Origin: Moniliella sp. 'wahieum'
Taxonomy: Eukaryota
Length of the DNA stretch: 64,000 nucleotides
Direction: 5' to 3'
NCBI GenBank assembly: GCA_003971905.1
Contig: RSEE01000015.1
Span: 248,001 to 312,000 of the forward strand
Every line of letters begins with the position of its first letter. The stretch's first letter is position 1. Of this stretch, positions 1 to 14,179 are shown in pieces. Made by a program: the position numbers and the translations under genes. The notes beneath the pieces are model-generated. The model was given only the letters and a program-made list of their open reading frames with translations, was not told the DNA's origin and searched no databases.

Positions 1-146
1 TCGTGACCCCACACCAGGAACGATACTGTTAATGCAATGCGCCAGTAATGCACCAGTCTAGATGCTTACGGATCGAGTGTTACGTTTAGGCTGAGTACCG
101 AACCCCAAAGCCGGCAAAGGAAGTGGATCAAGGGGCGCCGCATGGC

Positions 147-1178
147 TTACGCAGGCTGATGAGGGCGTAGAGAATTGTAGTGCTCTCCTAGGCCGTAGGC
201 GGAGCGGTAGTAGGCAATGTAAGCGGGTGGAGAGCTAAACTCTTCCCCAATCTTGAGAGGGGTTGTCTCAGCCTGTACAACGACCATGGGCGTTTGATAG
301 GCCCGGGACAATGCGAGGATTTCCAACTGACCACCCCACACAGCCGAGTTTTCCACCGCATCGCAGTAGGCTTGGAAAAACTTGGCCGGATCAGTACTAA
401 TACTAGCGTCGGTAAGACCCGCCAACTTCTCATTTGGATCGATAAAGGGCAAGTACGAATCAGGATCGGCCCGCATGGTGGCAGCAGCGGCCTTGCGGTG
501 TCCTTGTAGGTCAAGTCAGGGTTCCGGCCAGCCTTGGCAGAGTCCGCTTTGGCTAGCGCGTTGAGCTGGTCGGCGACCGCGGCGTAAAGACAATGCCCAT
601 CGGCTGGATCTCAATCATGTCCACATTGAGATTCTTGCACTTCCATTCCATCTCCTTCCATTCCCGTTCGGCAGGGTCCATGCCGTTCTTGGCGCGCAGG
701 TCGGCCACCTCCTTCTCGGCAGCAGCACGGGTCGCCGCCTCCTGCGCCGCACGCTTTTCCAGTCGTTGCTTGGCCTTGGACTTTTTCTTTCCGCTTGGAG
801 CGCCATGGGAATCTTGCTCACCTTCTACAGCCCCAGTTGGATTGGCCTCTTCGGTGGGAGCAGAGTAATAGGAGGAGAGAAGTAGGTTGGGTAGGCTCCT
901 GGATGGATCGAACACACGTGAAAGCAAACAAGGTAAGCGGACTGGCAGGGCTGAAGCGGGAGCTGGAAAAGAGGGTGGACGTGATAACGTACCTGGGGAG
1001 GGACGGATGCTGCCCCCTCTGGCTTGTCCTCCTGCGGTTGGGGCTGCGTCTTGCCAGCGTCTAGGGCCGCCAGGAGCTCGTCGGCCAGGTCGAAGCCGGC
1101 GTCCCCGTCCATGTCGGGCAGAGGCGGCAGCTCCTCCTTCTTGGCCTGGCTGGCTTTTTTCTTCCCTTTCTTGGCCAT
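147..1178 (-). CDS. OTU2: OTU-domain deubiquitinase (OTU2/OTUD6B-like); spliced, apparent frameshifts
   Basis: The ATG at 1178 begins MAKKGKKK. A GTACGT donor lies at 992. A KKKSKAKQRLEKRAAQ coiled segment is present. The C-terminal OTU motifs are 'YCDAVENSAVWGGQLEILALS' and 'AYYRSAYGLGEHYNSLRP', and the stop is at 147. Confidence 0.85.
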
Positions 1179-1799
1179 GCTGCACAAAACAAGGAGGCGG
1201 GGCGGGGGGGGGAGGCAATGCGTGCACAGCAGGCCGAATGGCGGGAGGAGAGCTTCTCAATCTGGTGGCCAGTGCTGTTCACCCAGAGGAGCGCGTCTTG
1301 GGAGCACGCACGCTGCTTTGTGCGGCCGCAGAGGCAGGGCCATTTAGAATGCGGGAGTTCGGACGGCAGTTGCAATTTCAATGCGGCCAAGCCAGGTGTC
1401 CTTGTTCCGCGCCTCAGCCATGGGATGTGGATCGATGATCGCAGCGCGGGTGTCCGTTCCGCTCGGGCAGACGCAAACTGCGTGGCTGAGCTCAGCTGCA
1501 GTTCGGCGTTCGGCGTTAAAGCTTCGGACGTAGGGTTGTGCTCGGGCGTGCGCTGGCAGGCCGGGCGGGTTTGGGCCACAAGCGCACAGGCGCGCGTCAC
1601 GCGTCGTACACGTCATGATGCGCGTGTCAGCACGGAGCCCGTCGGCCGCCCGGGGATGGTGATGCAGATGCAGGCCGTCATCGTCATCCGCCATGACGAC
1701 ACCACGCCAGCGTGTCGCCTGCACGTGACGCCTCTTCTCGCCTCGCCTCCTCGCGCCACAGGCACCGGCGAGCGTTCGGCGACGCTGCTGCCTCCATCC

Positions 1800-4536
1800 A
1801 TGTCTGCCTCCGCTGCTCCTGCGGGCAAGCGCGACGGCCTTGCTGCCGCCAGCAAGGACCAGGCCCAGGCAAAGGCAAGGCCACCGCCACCGCCACCGCC
1901 AAGGCCTCCGCCAAGACAGAGATCGCCCCCAAGTTTGCCGACTATGGCTCGGGGGACATGAGCAAGCGCATCGGCCGCGCCAAGGCTGCTGCTGACCTGG
2001 CCGATGCCCGTCGTGCTGCCGAGGCCCGCCGGCAGGGCACCGTCTACCTGCCTTTGGTCATTGACGAAGAGTATACCGTGTCGAATGGCGCCAAAATCTG
2101 GGCTCCCGATCTGCATTGGGCGATCCAAGTGCTTCTCATTGTTCGCATCGCCAGTGCATCGCTCCGCGTCTTGGCTGACAGCGACGAGGTGCTCAACTAT
2201 TGGGACCCTCTCTTTGCCCTCATGCGTGGAGAGGTGTACACGAAAGACAACACCCCTCCTTTCAAGGCGTGGGAGTACGATTCCAGCTTTGCCCTCCGCT
2301 CCTGGGCGTACTTGGTCCAGTTTTTGCCCCTCCGTCCTTATGCGGCCGGGTTTGACATGCCCGACCAGAATGTGTTCATTACGCTCCGCGCTTTCCTCGC
2401 CTTCCTCTCCGCCTTGGGGGAGGGATTCCTCTACCAGTCGACTCGTGCTCTTCTGGGCAATCGGGTGGCCCAGTACCTTCTGGTCATTCTCTTTGCCAAC
2501 GCTGCTCTATTTGACGCTGCTCCTGGTATGTCTGCTCTTCTTTCTCACGTTGTGGTTGTGATGTTGACATGCTTTTGTCTTAGCTTTGCTTCCGTCATCG
2601 TATGCAATGTACTTTGTCACATTTGCCTGGGCTGCCTTCCTCCGCCCTGCAGATGGGCCGCCGTTTGCCAACGGCAGTGTTGGGCGGGTACTCAAAGTTG
2701 TCTTTGCCTTTGCAATGGGCGGTGTCCTGGGATGGCCCTTTGCTTCCGTGTTGATCCTCCCATTTGTGGCAGAAGAGTTGGTTCTACGTCCCATGTTGCT
2801 TGTCTACGCCCGCAACAACGTGGGCGAGTTCATTCCGGCATCGCTGGTGCGAGCTGTCGTGTTGGCTCTCGTTGGCCTGCTTGCCGCTGGTCGTGGTTAT
2901 TGTTCCCACCACATTTGTAGATACGCTCGCTTATGGTCGTACCACCCTTGGCTCGGCCAACATTGTGCTCTACAACGTATTCCACCGCACCTTGGACGAC
3001 CTGGGCACGCTTCCTCTTCCTGATGCCGATTCGCCCTTGCGCTGGCTGGGTGTGTACGGTTGTCTAATTGAGCGCCTTGTGAACCATGCTGCCGGCCTAG
3101 CATCTGTGCCTTCGAGCGCAGCAGGCCCCGACCTGTACGGCACCGAGCCCGCCTCGTTCTATGTCCGTACTCTCTTACTCGGCTTCAACATTCTTCTCCC
3201 TCTGGCACTGGGCTCTGTTCCTCTCGTTTTGGTCGCCGCCGCTTTGATCCTCGGGTCCTGGTTAACACCACGCCTGTGGAGCAAGAGCACCGTGGCTGTG
3301 CTTTTCCTGCACTCTCTGGTCCCTACCTTTGGCTACTTGCGTGGTACTGCAGGCACACAAGGAGGAACGGTTCCTCTACCCCATCTATACTCTCTTGCGT
3401 TTAACGCCGCGGTCGGGCTCTGGTTCGCCTCACGCCTCTTTGCGGCCGCTTGGCCCAAAGTTTTGTCCCTACTGCAATCACTTTCCCCAGCACCGCCCGA
3501 GCAGCCACGCACTATTCTCCGCCAGTCCAAGGAGCAAGAGCAGGAGCAGGAGGCCGCTAAGCCCTGGTACAGGAAGCTGACTCCTACGCTCAAGTTTGCC
3601 TATGGCGTATTGGCCGTGTATGCTTGTTGAGCGGTTCAAGAGTGATGGGCGTGCGGAAGGGGTACAGTACTCCCCAATCCATCATTGCCCCCTCTGGGAG
3701 AGTGAAGGGCAGGCTGTGTTGGCCGAAGCGGGGTGGAGGTGCCAAACTGGTTGCCCCGTCAGGCCGAGGTGGCCAAGATGCATGGTTACCGATCTTGAGG
3801 CGATCAACGAGGGCCTACTGGAATACACGGGGGAGATGCGTCGTGTGTGGTGGCGCTGCTGGAACGTGTCAACGAGACGTCAGTGTCTAATGGGGCGCGC
3901 GGTCCGCGCCGGACTGTGTGCTGGGGCGATGCATGGCACCGCTATCCCGGGCGCTGGTTGCTTCCGCCGCACTTTGCTCCGGAATGGACGTGGAACTCGT
4001 ACGAGCACCAGCTCCCTGGCCACTTTGCGCCGCAGGTGGAAGGTGGGGCAACCTGGCCGTCGTTCCAAGAAGATCCGCTGGCGGCGGGTCTCTTGGCTCG
4101 GGCTGACCAGTACTGGCCTAACCCTGCGACGCGAGCCCAAGACGGGTTGGCCAACGCGCTGAACGAACCTGTCGAGGGCCGTACCATCCCCCCCTGGGAG
4201 TGCGACTATATTGTCGACACGGACTTTACCCCGTCCCGCGGCGTGTCGAAGGAGTCGTCGCCTGGTTCGGGGGCCTCGACCGCGTACGCATCGGACCATC
4301 GCGACCTGTTCGCCACGGTCAAGTGCGACTTTATGCTGGACCGAGATGCAACTGTGGCTCCCGAGGGAAGTGGCGTGTTTGCTCGTGCGGCCGCCGCGTT
4401 TGGGCGTGCTTTCTTCATCCCCTTACCAGAGGAGATCTTGGGTCCCTTTGGCCGCAAGTGGGCGGACATTTGCCTGCTCAAACGAGTGGCGGATAAGCAA
4501 ACGGTGCACGCTCGCTTCTCTCCTGAAACGGCATAA
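1800..4536 (+). CDS. ALG9: Dol-P-Man alpha-1,2-mannosyltransferase (ALG9, GT22); spliced, several frameshifts
   Basis: Motifs are 'DSDEVLNYWDP', 'WEYDSSFALRSWAY', 'LGWPF', 'GPDLYGTEP', 'QAHKEERFLYPIY', 'WHRYP' and 'CDYIVD'. Removing intron 2526-2583 (GTATGT..TAG) gives 'APALLPSSYAM'. Confidence 0.93.
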
Positions 4537-5269
4537 CGCCAGGCCAATCAGCACTTTCTGGAAACATACTTCGTCCACCTCGGACTTACTGTTCCAGGGC
4601 TAGATGAACAAAAGGATGTGGTGCCGCCTGTATTGACGATCGTCCTCGGTCCGCACCAACATAACCTACAACCACGCTCTTTCCTTTGCTCAATTCCTCT
4701 GTGTGTAGTGTGGGGATATCTCATTGCTGTCTAAGCACGATAGATCGGTCGGTACATGTACAGGCTATAGGACCCGGGGAAGCAGTGGGTTTCATACATC
4801 ACGCTTCCTCGGCCGTTTGTTCTTCGTCCAGCGAAGCAATGGCAACTCGACACGGTCAGCTGCGAAGTCCCTTTGCCCTTTGTTGAGTTGCCTTTGCCCG
4901 GAGAATGGGGGGGTGAAGCTATATAGAGGCTCCTGAACTGTTGGCAGCCACGCCCTTGGCTTCCTGATTGGGTTGGGACGAGCTCGCAGCACACGCTGGA
5001 TGAGCGCGCCAGTATGCGCAGCAGAGCATCAATCACACAGGCCCACGGTGGTTGGTGTTGGTTGTGTAGGCTGCGGTGCCGCCAGACGCTGCAGTGCGCT
5101 CCAGTCCCCCAGGCGGAATTGTTGCCCCACGGCGGATTTGTTTCAGCTGGCAGGCGGACCGTAGCACAGGCTCAGCCTTACGCGCTTAGTACGCACGCTT
5201 AAGCCAACGCTCCAACGCGGCCTTGGGTGCCGCTGCCTCGCCCAGCTCATCTTCCTCCATCGCCCCACC

Positions 5270-6526
5270 ATGGCCACGACTCCCAACCACGAGCCAATCA
5301 CCGTACGCTCTCCCCCCTCTTCTCTTCTCTGCTGTCTGACCCCTCCCCCCGCCCGCCAGTCCCTGGCAACCCAGACGAGCAGATTGCGGTGCTAGAAGCC
5401 GCGCTGGCCGACCAGGACGCTCTGCTCCACGCCCTCGAGGTGGCTGTGAAGGGGAGGAATCCTCCGCTTCCCGAGCTTATTTCCCCCTCCCATTCCTCCT
5501 CAAGTGTCGGGCAGACCTCCCCTGCGTCGCCCCCTAGGGAGCGCAGTGCTTCCGCTCGTCTCGGTCCCAATGGGGAAAGGCGCGGTCCCGCTGGTCTCGC
5601 TGCGTTTGCCGGCCGAGTCGGCTCAGGTGCCAGTCTCTCTCACTTTCTTCTGCACCACCTGCCAGCCTCAATTCTCTTCCGGGCTCGCAGAAGGTGATTG
5701 TTGGTCTAGCGGGGGAACTGGCTGACTTGCGCACGCAGCGTACCACTGCCCGTGGCGCCTTGGCTCGTGCGCAGCGCGATCGTACCGCCTCCGAGGCAGA
5801 GTTGGGCGCGGCACGGAAGGCTGTTCCAGAGATGCGGGCGCGATCGGAACAGATCCGCGCCGAAGTGCAGGACCGGACATCGGCGCTGGCCGATGCGACG
5901 GCCAAGGCAGAGCGTGCGGAAGCCCAGACGGCGGAGCTTGAGAAGGCTGGGTCAGAGTGGGATGCGCGCGTAGAGGCGCTGGAGAAGGAATGCGCGGATG
6001 TGGCACGTGGGTGTGAGCGGTTAAATGTCCAGATGGATGCGCTGCAAGCTGCGTGGGATACCACGCGTCCGGCTTGGGCCACCCAACTGGACGCCATTCG
6101 GTCCGCAGCACAGGCACGCACGCAAGAGCGCCAAGCTGAGTTGGCTACCGTGAGGGAAAAGACAGCCAAGATGGAGGGGTTGGCAGATCAACGCGAGGCC
6201 GAGCGGGGGACCTGTTGGCCGTCTTGGATCAGTGGCAGACACAACGGGATCGACTGCTGGGCCTGTTGAAGAACAAGGTCCCGGTCCTCAGTGCCGACTT
6301 GTCCAAGGCGACCGCCGCTTCCGTCCCTGCTTCGCCTCACCCAGGCGCGTCCAAATTTGTCTCCTCACCTCGTTCGACAGGAGCGGTACCAACACCACGC
6401 AAACTGCCGCTCGCATCGCACTACCTCCTCTCCCCCGGCACCCCCTCCGCTCTCGACCAGCAAATCGACCGGGCTGTACGGGACGTCCAGGAAATTGTTC
6501 GCCGCGCTCGGTCGGGACAAGTATGA
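5270..6526 (+). CDS. Hypothetical coiled-coil protein; spliced, frameshifted
   Basis: The ATG is at 5270, followed by a candidate intron at about 5303-5359 (GTACGC..CTGAC..CAG). Consecutive ORF pieces (5227, 5694, 6215) are rich in A/E/R/L heptads. No family was recognised. Confidence 0.55.
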
Positions 6527-6705
6527 GCGGTGCATGCGGTGGCAGCGATGGTTCTCGATGCTGTTGACTTGCAGCTCTGAAGGATTTGGCTCGATTTTTA
6601 TCCCATGCCCTTGCCTATCCCCGAATTCCCTCGCTGCGTTCGCTGTGGTCCGACGAACTAGAGTGGAGGGCTTGCGTGCCTTCATGCCAGCCCGCTGCTG
6701 TCCGA

Positions 6706-6723
6706 CCCCCCCCCCCCCCCCCC
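6706..6723. repeat. Poly-C tract (18 nt)
   Basis: Homopolymer run read directly from the sequence. Confidence 0.9.
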
Positions 6724-9106
6724 GACACCTTTCCATTTCCTCGCCTCTCGCCCCGCTGCGTCTGCTCAGGGCATGCGATTGCCCTGGGAGGATGATAGCC
6801 GCGCAGACGGACTTCCTAGCTCTGCCGCTTACCTTTGATGGCCTCAGACCTCAGATCTCATGCATATGCTCACACTCTCATGGCTTCCTATGCCCTTGTC
6901 TGGCGTCGTTCGGCCGCAGTGCCGTCTTCGCTCCCCTCTGCATGGCCATGATGTTCTTCTGTCTGGCGTACCAGCCAGACAGGCCAATACTTCTCCGCTC
7001 TCCGTTTTTGCCGTCGTGACTTTTATCGATACCATGTCTTCCTTCGCACGGACCGAGTGCACATACGGCGCTTGCGGGAGAAGTCACGGCATGGTGTGCT
7101 GTGTCTGGGTAGCGGGAACTTACTGGTTATTTTGGTTATATAGGCTCTTTAAGGTGTAAAAGGACGAATGGGTAATGGCTAATGCCCCACGGAGCCTCAT
7201 GGCAACAAACGTCTCTGCATCCAGCGTCACAGCCCGGGTGAGTGGCTCTCTCCTTTTGCTGGACAGACTGGGTGGTGCTGTAGCCAGGCTGCGTAGACGA
7301 GCTTTCTTTGAAGGCCGCAGGGGGTGGGGGGGGGTCATTCGTTGATCATGAACCCTCCACTGATTTTCCACCAACGCCACAACTCGTTTCCTTGGTTTTC
7401 CTCTGCACACTGCGGCCCTTGAAAACGTTCATTTGACGTTAAACGTTGACACGGTTGACCGTTCAAGTCGAACTCAACGAGTGTTGACGTTGCGTTGATA
7501 ATTGACGACGTGGACGCACCGCTCACGCTTATACAGACTGCACTGCTGTTGCGCCGTTGTGTGTGCCGCGTTTTCTCTCGCGAAAAAGTGACATTGTTTC
7601 CTTCCTCGTCCACCGATCGTTCAGCTAGCGGACGCTCATCGAGGTCGTCGAGGTGCTGATCACCATTTGATTCTGTCGGACTTTTTTTGCCATCTGCTGT
7701 AGGTATAATGTTCGACTTTTGGGAGAGAAGTTTTCGAGAAGTGAGCTGCCCCTGCGGCCCGCCCCTCCTTTTTGTACTGTTGACACCCTTTTCTTCTGCG
7801 TGTTGCTTACGCTATAGGCGGAGACATCTGCAGGCGACTGAGCGTGAACAATGAGTTACTCAAGAGTGCTGAGCGAGCTGAGCGGCTGAGCGCTGGGTGC
7901 GTGAACCAGCAGGGTTGCCTCAATGGGAGGGAGAGGACCCGTCGGCCAAGAGGGTGCCAACAGAGTATGCGTGTGCGTTCCCTTGTGCAAAACCCGCACT
8001 GCCGTTGCAAATCCTGAGGGTCTGGAGGGGCGTGTATGTAGATCCCGCCGCATCGCTCCGGACAGCCAGCGTGGAAAGGGCTGGAGTGGCAAGGGGCGCA
8101 GAACCACAGCAGCTGCTGCTGTGCGTGGGGGCACAGTGACTGTGACTGTGGCTGGCGCAGGGTGTGGACGGGGCATTGAAATTTGAAACGCCCCGTGGCG
8201 CCTTGGCCCGGCCGCTCAGCAGCTCAGCCGCTCTGGCGCTGAGGCGCTGAGGCTGCTGCGGGCATCTGATGTGGCCGGGGCAGGGGGCGGACGCTGGCAG
8301 TGTGCCCGTCTGTGGGTCTTGTGGCTTGCCCCAGTCCGCGCATCCCCAGCGGCTAGGGTTGGCTCCCCACGGCGTAACCGCGCACTGGTGGAATCACGCA
8401 TCGATCATCCTTACCCAGGCACACCGCCAGCCTGCAAAGCCCAGCGCACCTCTCTCGCCGTGCGCACCCAACCTGCACCACCCAGCACCCATCCTTCCCA
8501 CAGCTGTTTCGCCGGGGAGCCGCCTCGTTGTGCAGCCCCTTGGTCATATTCATCGCTCCCAACTCAACGTACCCAGCCCTCAATGGAAGTCTTAGGACGC
8601 TCTCTAGCTGGCGTCTCCAGGCTGCACCCTGCTGGCCCACGCAGATCGATTACTTTCAGATGATCGATGAGATCGGAGATCTGAGACCCGTCCCTACCCT
8701 GCCCTTCCAGCCTCCGAGACACGTGGTCCATGAAAAACGCTCGCGCACAGGAACCGCTTTTGCCCTAGCAAAGCAACCCGAATGGTTGCTCCGTTGATAG
8801 GAATGGGCCAGCTGCTTCTACGTACTCGTAACCTGTCCCTTTGTGATGCCGTGGCCCCTTCAAGCTTCAAGCTTCATAGCTTCACGCGCACTGGACGCCC
8901 CGCCTCGCCGCCTTTCCTCTCTCCCACCATCACACCGCTCGCGTGCTATGCTCGCCGCCCCGCACAGTCTATCGCATCCGCCGCCCCAACAGTGGTCGGC
9001 GAGCATGCACCAGTGGACCGTGGGTGGGGTGCCCTACGCCTCGCTCCCCACGGCCTTCGAGGTATCCGCTTCGGTTGAGGCGCAAGCCGAGGCCGAGGCC
9101 GACGAA

Positions 9107-12100
9107 ATGGAGCAGGAAGACTCGGACGGCCGGTCTTCCTCAGCCCGCTCGTCGGTCCTGTGGAATGACTCAGCACTGGACTTGATGGCTCCTCCACCGG
9201 CGATCCGGACGGCAGCACCCCCCCGAGCCAGAGTAGTCGGGCCTCCGTTCCCGATCCATCACCCCTTGTCTTGGACCGCCTTGCATCCCACTCCTCCCCC
9301 ACCCGCAGCCAGCCAGGAGTGCGTGAGTCGGACTCTCTTTTGCGGCACAAGACGCCGCAAGACTCTATTTCTGCTTCATCCGCCTCCCACTTTTCCGGCC
9401 TGACGACTACTGCTACAACCGAGACCTCGTCCAAGATGCCACTGTCGCAATCGCTACCCTTGGACCTGCCTCTCCACCAGCCGCAAGAGCGATCGCCGCA
9501 GCGCCATTCCTCCCATGTCGAGAGCGCAAGAGACGGTGTGGCCTGTCTCTCATCAGCCAGGAGCATCTCATGCGCTTCGAGCGGGGACACGTTTGAAACT
9601 GCCCAGCCCCTTTCTGGCCCCACCTCCCTTCGCGTCGAGGAACTTGGTACTGGAAACAACTCTGCTTCGAGAGAGGAGGGGAGCCCACTGTGTGCCGACT
9701 GCTCGCAGTGTGCCGAGCGGGAGACGGATCTGATGGGAGTGCATGTGATGGGGCAGCATGCTTGGGCCCGCGCGTCAGACCAAGACTTTCGCGACGCTTT
9801 GCAGGTCGAGGCGGAGATTGAGGCGCGGCATTTGAGTTCGTCGGGGGAGACTGCCTCTTCTTCGCGGACTCCCAAGGTGAAAATGCTTGCCGGAGGCAAA
9901 GTTGCGGTGCATCGTGTCGCGCCCACGTACGCCTTGACGTCGGAGAGACTCTCCCAGCATTGTCGAGCGGTACGTAACGTTATGGATGTCCCACGCATAT
10001 TAATACTGACCGTTTCCTTTCAGCTTGACGCCCAAGATACGAATCGGTGGGATGTGCTGGTCTTGCCACGTGGAAACGGTGCCCTCACCCCACCTCTCGC
10101 CTCTCTCTCGGGACTGGGGTCATCGACTTCAATAGAGGAAACGGAAACCCAGTCCAGCGCCACACAGATGCGAGAGCGGAATACGTTGCCACGGACGCCT
10201 GGAGATAGCACCACCTCCCACCCAATTCTTCGTTCCCCGGGATCGTCCTATTTGGCCGTTCAAGTCACGCCCGAGATGGTCCCTGCCTCACCATCTATGC
10301 CTATCCAGCCCAGCTTCTCCGATCGGTCGCTGTTGTCGGAAGAGGTGCCTCCTCCGTCCAATGGGACGTCTACTGCCGAGTCATCTTCGCATATATCGCC
10401 CATCACACCGGCGTTGGCCTGGAGTGGCTCGCAATCCACTGTTACGGACAAAGAGAGTCCCCAGCGCGGGGGCAAAGTACACGCCCGTCTTCGCTCGGAC
10501 AAAGCTATCCTGTACGAGGAAGAGAAGCCAGTGGGCAAGGTCGAATCTTCGCATGACTCTGCTTCCTCTCCCGCCCAACGTCGGAGCCCTACTGCAGCCC
10601 CAGACCACGTTCGGATCCTTGCCTCTCCGTTTGACCAATCCTCCCTTGATCGACACGGCAATGTCAATCGTCCCCCCTCCTCTCCCCTGGAGCGCAGTAA
10701 TGGGCCCACTAAATCCGATTCTCCGTTGGTACCTTTGGATCATGAAGAACTGCACCAAACTAAGGAATCAAGTATCCAATCGCATCCCCGCGACGCACCC
10801 GTACCCCCACCATTCCAGCCTGATTCCCTGCCTGATGAGGCCCAACCTTCCTCCACCTTCCCTTTGCCCCGTTGGGATCTTCCATGGATGAGGAGGTCAG
10901 GGAGGAGGATGACAATATCCTCCCTCGTCTGCCCGGCATGCCGCCGAGGGGCAGAGTGCTGCGTCCCAGTCAGTCATATTCTCGGCTGAGTACAGTGTCG
11001 GAGGTGGACTCGCGCGCCAGCACAGCAACCGAGACGCCACTCATGAAGCACCCTCGCTTGCGCCTCGTCCCTTCCTCCTCCTCCTCCCTCGCACCCTCCC
11101 GCAGCTCTACCCCACGGGAGACCTATGGGACCCAGGGGTACCCAGCGCCACCCTTGCGGTCTTTCCCTGCCTCACAGACTGCACTCCAATCCCTGCCAGC
11201 CGGACCTGTCCGCCCCTTGCGTCCCGTTCGGTCGCACGGAGAACTATACCAGAGCGCTCATAATGGACGTGGGTTGGCTTCCGCCTATGCTCCTTTGGAG
11301 CAACGACCTTACCGTTCTCCTTCGTTCACCTCTTATTCCGAGGCAGCAGGCCGCGCGAGCGTGTCTAACATTCATCCTGCTCGTGATGCTGCCGATCTCC
11401 CCGCCGGGAGAGTTGGCATGGGTCGGCCCCGAGTCTATTCGCTCTCTGACCTTTCATCGCGGGCGCCGTTCGCTTCGGCCGGGATCATGGCTCTTCCTGT
11501 GCAAGAGGAGGGGAGGAACACTCCCACTATGTCCCCTCTTCCTTTGAACCTCAGCGAAATCCGTCTCAGATCCACCCCGCAACTCTCCAGCCCCAAGCCA
11601 ACCCGGCCGGGCGTCCGTTGCGCAACGTTCCCTCTACCCCGAATTTGCCTATGGCCGCTTCGACAGGCCCCGTGGAGTGGGGTAGAAACCAAAATTGGGG
11701 TGACGAACAGGCCATGCACAACCAAAATAACCCTCTGCATCGCTCCGCTTCTACGACCGTTCATCACCCTGCCCCGTCGGTCATGCCCTCCCAGTCTAGA
11801 CCGTTGTCCATGTTCTCGTCGGTCCAGCCATTTCTCTAGCGACGTCGGCAAACCCCATGACTGGCGAAGGGGCAAGAACGGCGCAACTCCCCCATCCTAA
11901 GTGGGAAGAGACAGCCGTTTCCCCCTCTTGGGATGACCAGCGGCCTGTGTGGACAGGACGGAGACGGGCGAATACGTTGGAGCAGGGAGAGACTCCTTCC
12001 TCGTTGCAGCGATGGGATCAGATGGGCGGTGAGACTCGGCGTCCCAATGGAACTTCGCACCCTGGTCTGCGTGGGAGACAAAGCATGCTCGAGCTCCGCT

Positions 12101-13276
12101 ACGGCGACAGCGGCGAACCGGCCCCGCACGATGTGCGACAACGCTTTGGTGCCCCCGAACGGCCTGGCCCCTCACAAGACCTTTATCTGGCGCAGCGCTG
12201 CAAGCCTTGTCGGAGCACCACAAGAAGCAACCTCTCACGCCCTTGGAGCTCTCCGTCTGGGCGAGCAACTTCCTGGCTGAATACTCGTATGCCGCCGACC
12301 CTTCTGGCACCCCTCTTCCACCACCCACTTCCACTTACGCACCGCAAATCCTTGAACCTTACGAAAGAGGGCCGTATCAACCTCCTTACCACCATGGGCA
12401 GATGTATGCCCCGCCACCTCACCCCCCGCCTAAGATGGCCCTGCCAGCTGGGCCTGAGGAGAATGCTAGCCGGCACCCGGCTGCGGGTGGTTACGCTGAG
12501 TATGGCTACCCTCCTCACCTAATCTCAGACAAACACGATGCCTACGCTCCCCTCTCTTCTCGATCTCAGCCCGATACATATGCCTTTTCGGGGATGCACA
12601 TGGCCACGAATCCGATGGATCCAAGCCCGTATGGCCCTCACCATTCTGGCGTCTCCACCAGGATCCCAGCGTACCCTATTGGCTCGAGCCATGCCGAACA
12701 GGCTCCTCTCTCTCGCCTTTCCTGCTCAACGGGAGGAGGTCAGTCATTCCCGACAGTTAACCCTTCTTCGACAGTGTCAACTCCTTCCTCGGGGAAGGGG
12801 ATGGTGCCAGGTCACTCGCCTTCCGCTGTGCACTTCCAAGCCCCTCCCTAGACAAAGGGAACGGGAAATCATCAAGGTCCTTCCAAGCGCCAACCTAAGC
12901 GGAGTCTCCGCTCTTTTGCTTCGGCTGACAGACTACGCTCCCTCGCTCGTTCGGCCACCCACAGCAAGTCGCCCCCTGCCGCCGCACCACTCCCGTCTCC
13001 CCCGACTGTGACTGTGGCCGCCCCCCTCCCCGGTCCCAGGGGGTGGAGTCCCACGCCCCTCTCAGACAAGGCTATACAGGTCACCCTCACCTCTACCCGG
13101 CCCCAGGTACGACTGCCACCGCCCTCTTCCCAATCTCTCTCCGGACTTGCACCCAGTACCCTTCCCCCGGGGGTGGCACCTTCTACCCGTCAGAAAGGAT
13201 GGGTGCTACCCCAACGCTCAAACCCAAGAAAAGTTTCTTTGGCTCCTTCTTCCGCAAACGGGGCACAAAGACATGA
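9107..13276 (+). CDS. Large Ser/Pro-rich, low-complexity hypothetical protein; start uncertain, frameshifted
   Basis: Long consecutive + strand ORFs (8843, 9271, 10872, 11857, 12207, 13043) share similar composition. A canonical intron lies at 9970-10023 (GTACGT..CTGAC..CAG). The last piece ends 'LKPKKSFFGSFFRKRGTKT*'. Confidence 0.6.
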
Positions 13277-14179
13277 TCGACATGATCCATGTGCATGATC
13301 CATGATCGATTTCAGATCGAGACTCTCGGATCACTTCTCATACCCAATTTGTGCCATTCTTCCCTCTCCATCCACTCTTGACATTGCTCTTGTGCCCCCT
13401 ATCGCCCGTTCCTCCCGCTTCCTATTCTCTGCTGCCCTTTTGAGATCTGACGTGATATCCTGGTACCTCCTACCTATTCCCTTTGGTTCCCTTTTTGGTT
13501 GCCTACGCCTGCTCTCGATGCTTTGGTGTACCACTTCCGTTTTGGACGGATCTTTTGCCCACAGCACAATGCGGCCACTCTCGTTTCCCCTCTCTCCTTC
13601 CCTCGTTTCTGCTGTTGTTCCACCCCCATGTCACCCAGCCTTATACGATCGAACCTGACCCGCTTGAGGGATGCTACCTATAGTCATACACTGCATAATT
13701 CTTTTGGTTTCTTGGGGTTGTCTCCGTCTCTCTCGCCGTGAACATCCCCTGCATGAAATCCCAAAACATCTCGAAATGGTATAGGGAAGAACCGATGTGG
13801 ATGCAGCCATGAAGCTCATGAAGGGGCGTGGAAAAACAAAGGTTGTTTGAGTGAAGCGAAAAACGGAGCAGTGAGTGAAAGACAGGACACCAACCGCGCA
13901 GGAGGAAGCAAGAAGGGACAAAAGCGCGCACGTAACGCAAGCTACGACACGGATTGGCCCAGTGCCTTTGAGTCGCGGCAGCAGCCTAGTCAAGCGATTG
14001 TCGTGCATCAATGTCACCCAGGTGTCACAGCTACGGGGTAATTTACGTATGCGGGTGACATGGTAACACCGCTCATCGAGCTCATCATTACATTGGCCGA
14101 TCACCCAGTGGTATTTTCGGCGTGTGCGTCCAAGGAATCGTCGTTTTAACCACCACTGCACTGTTGCTGCTTGTCCCAA

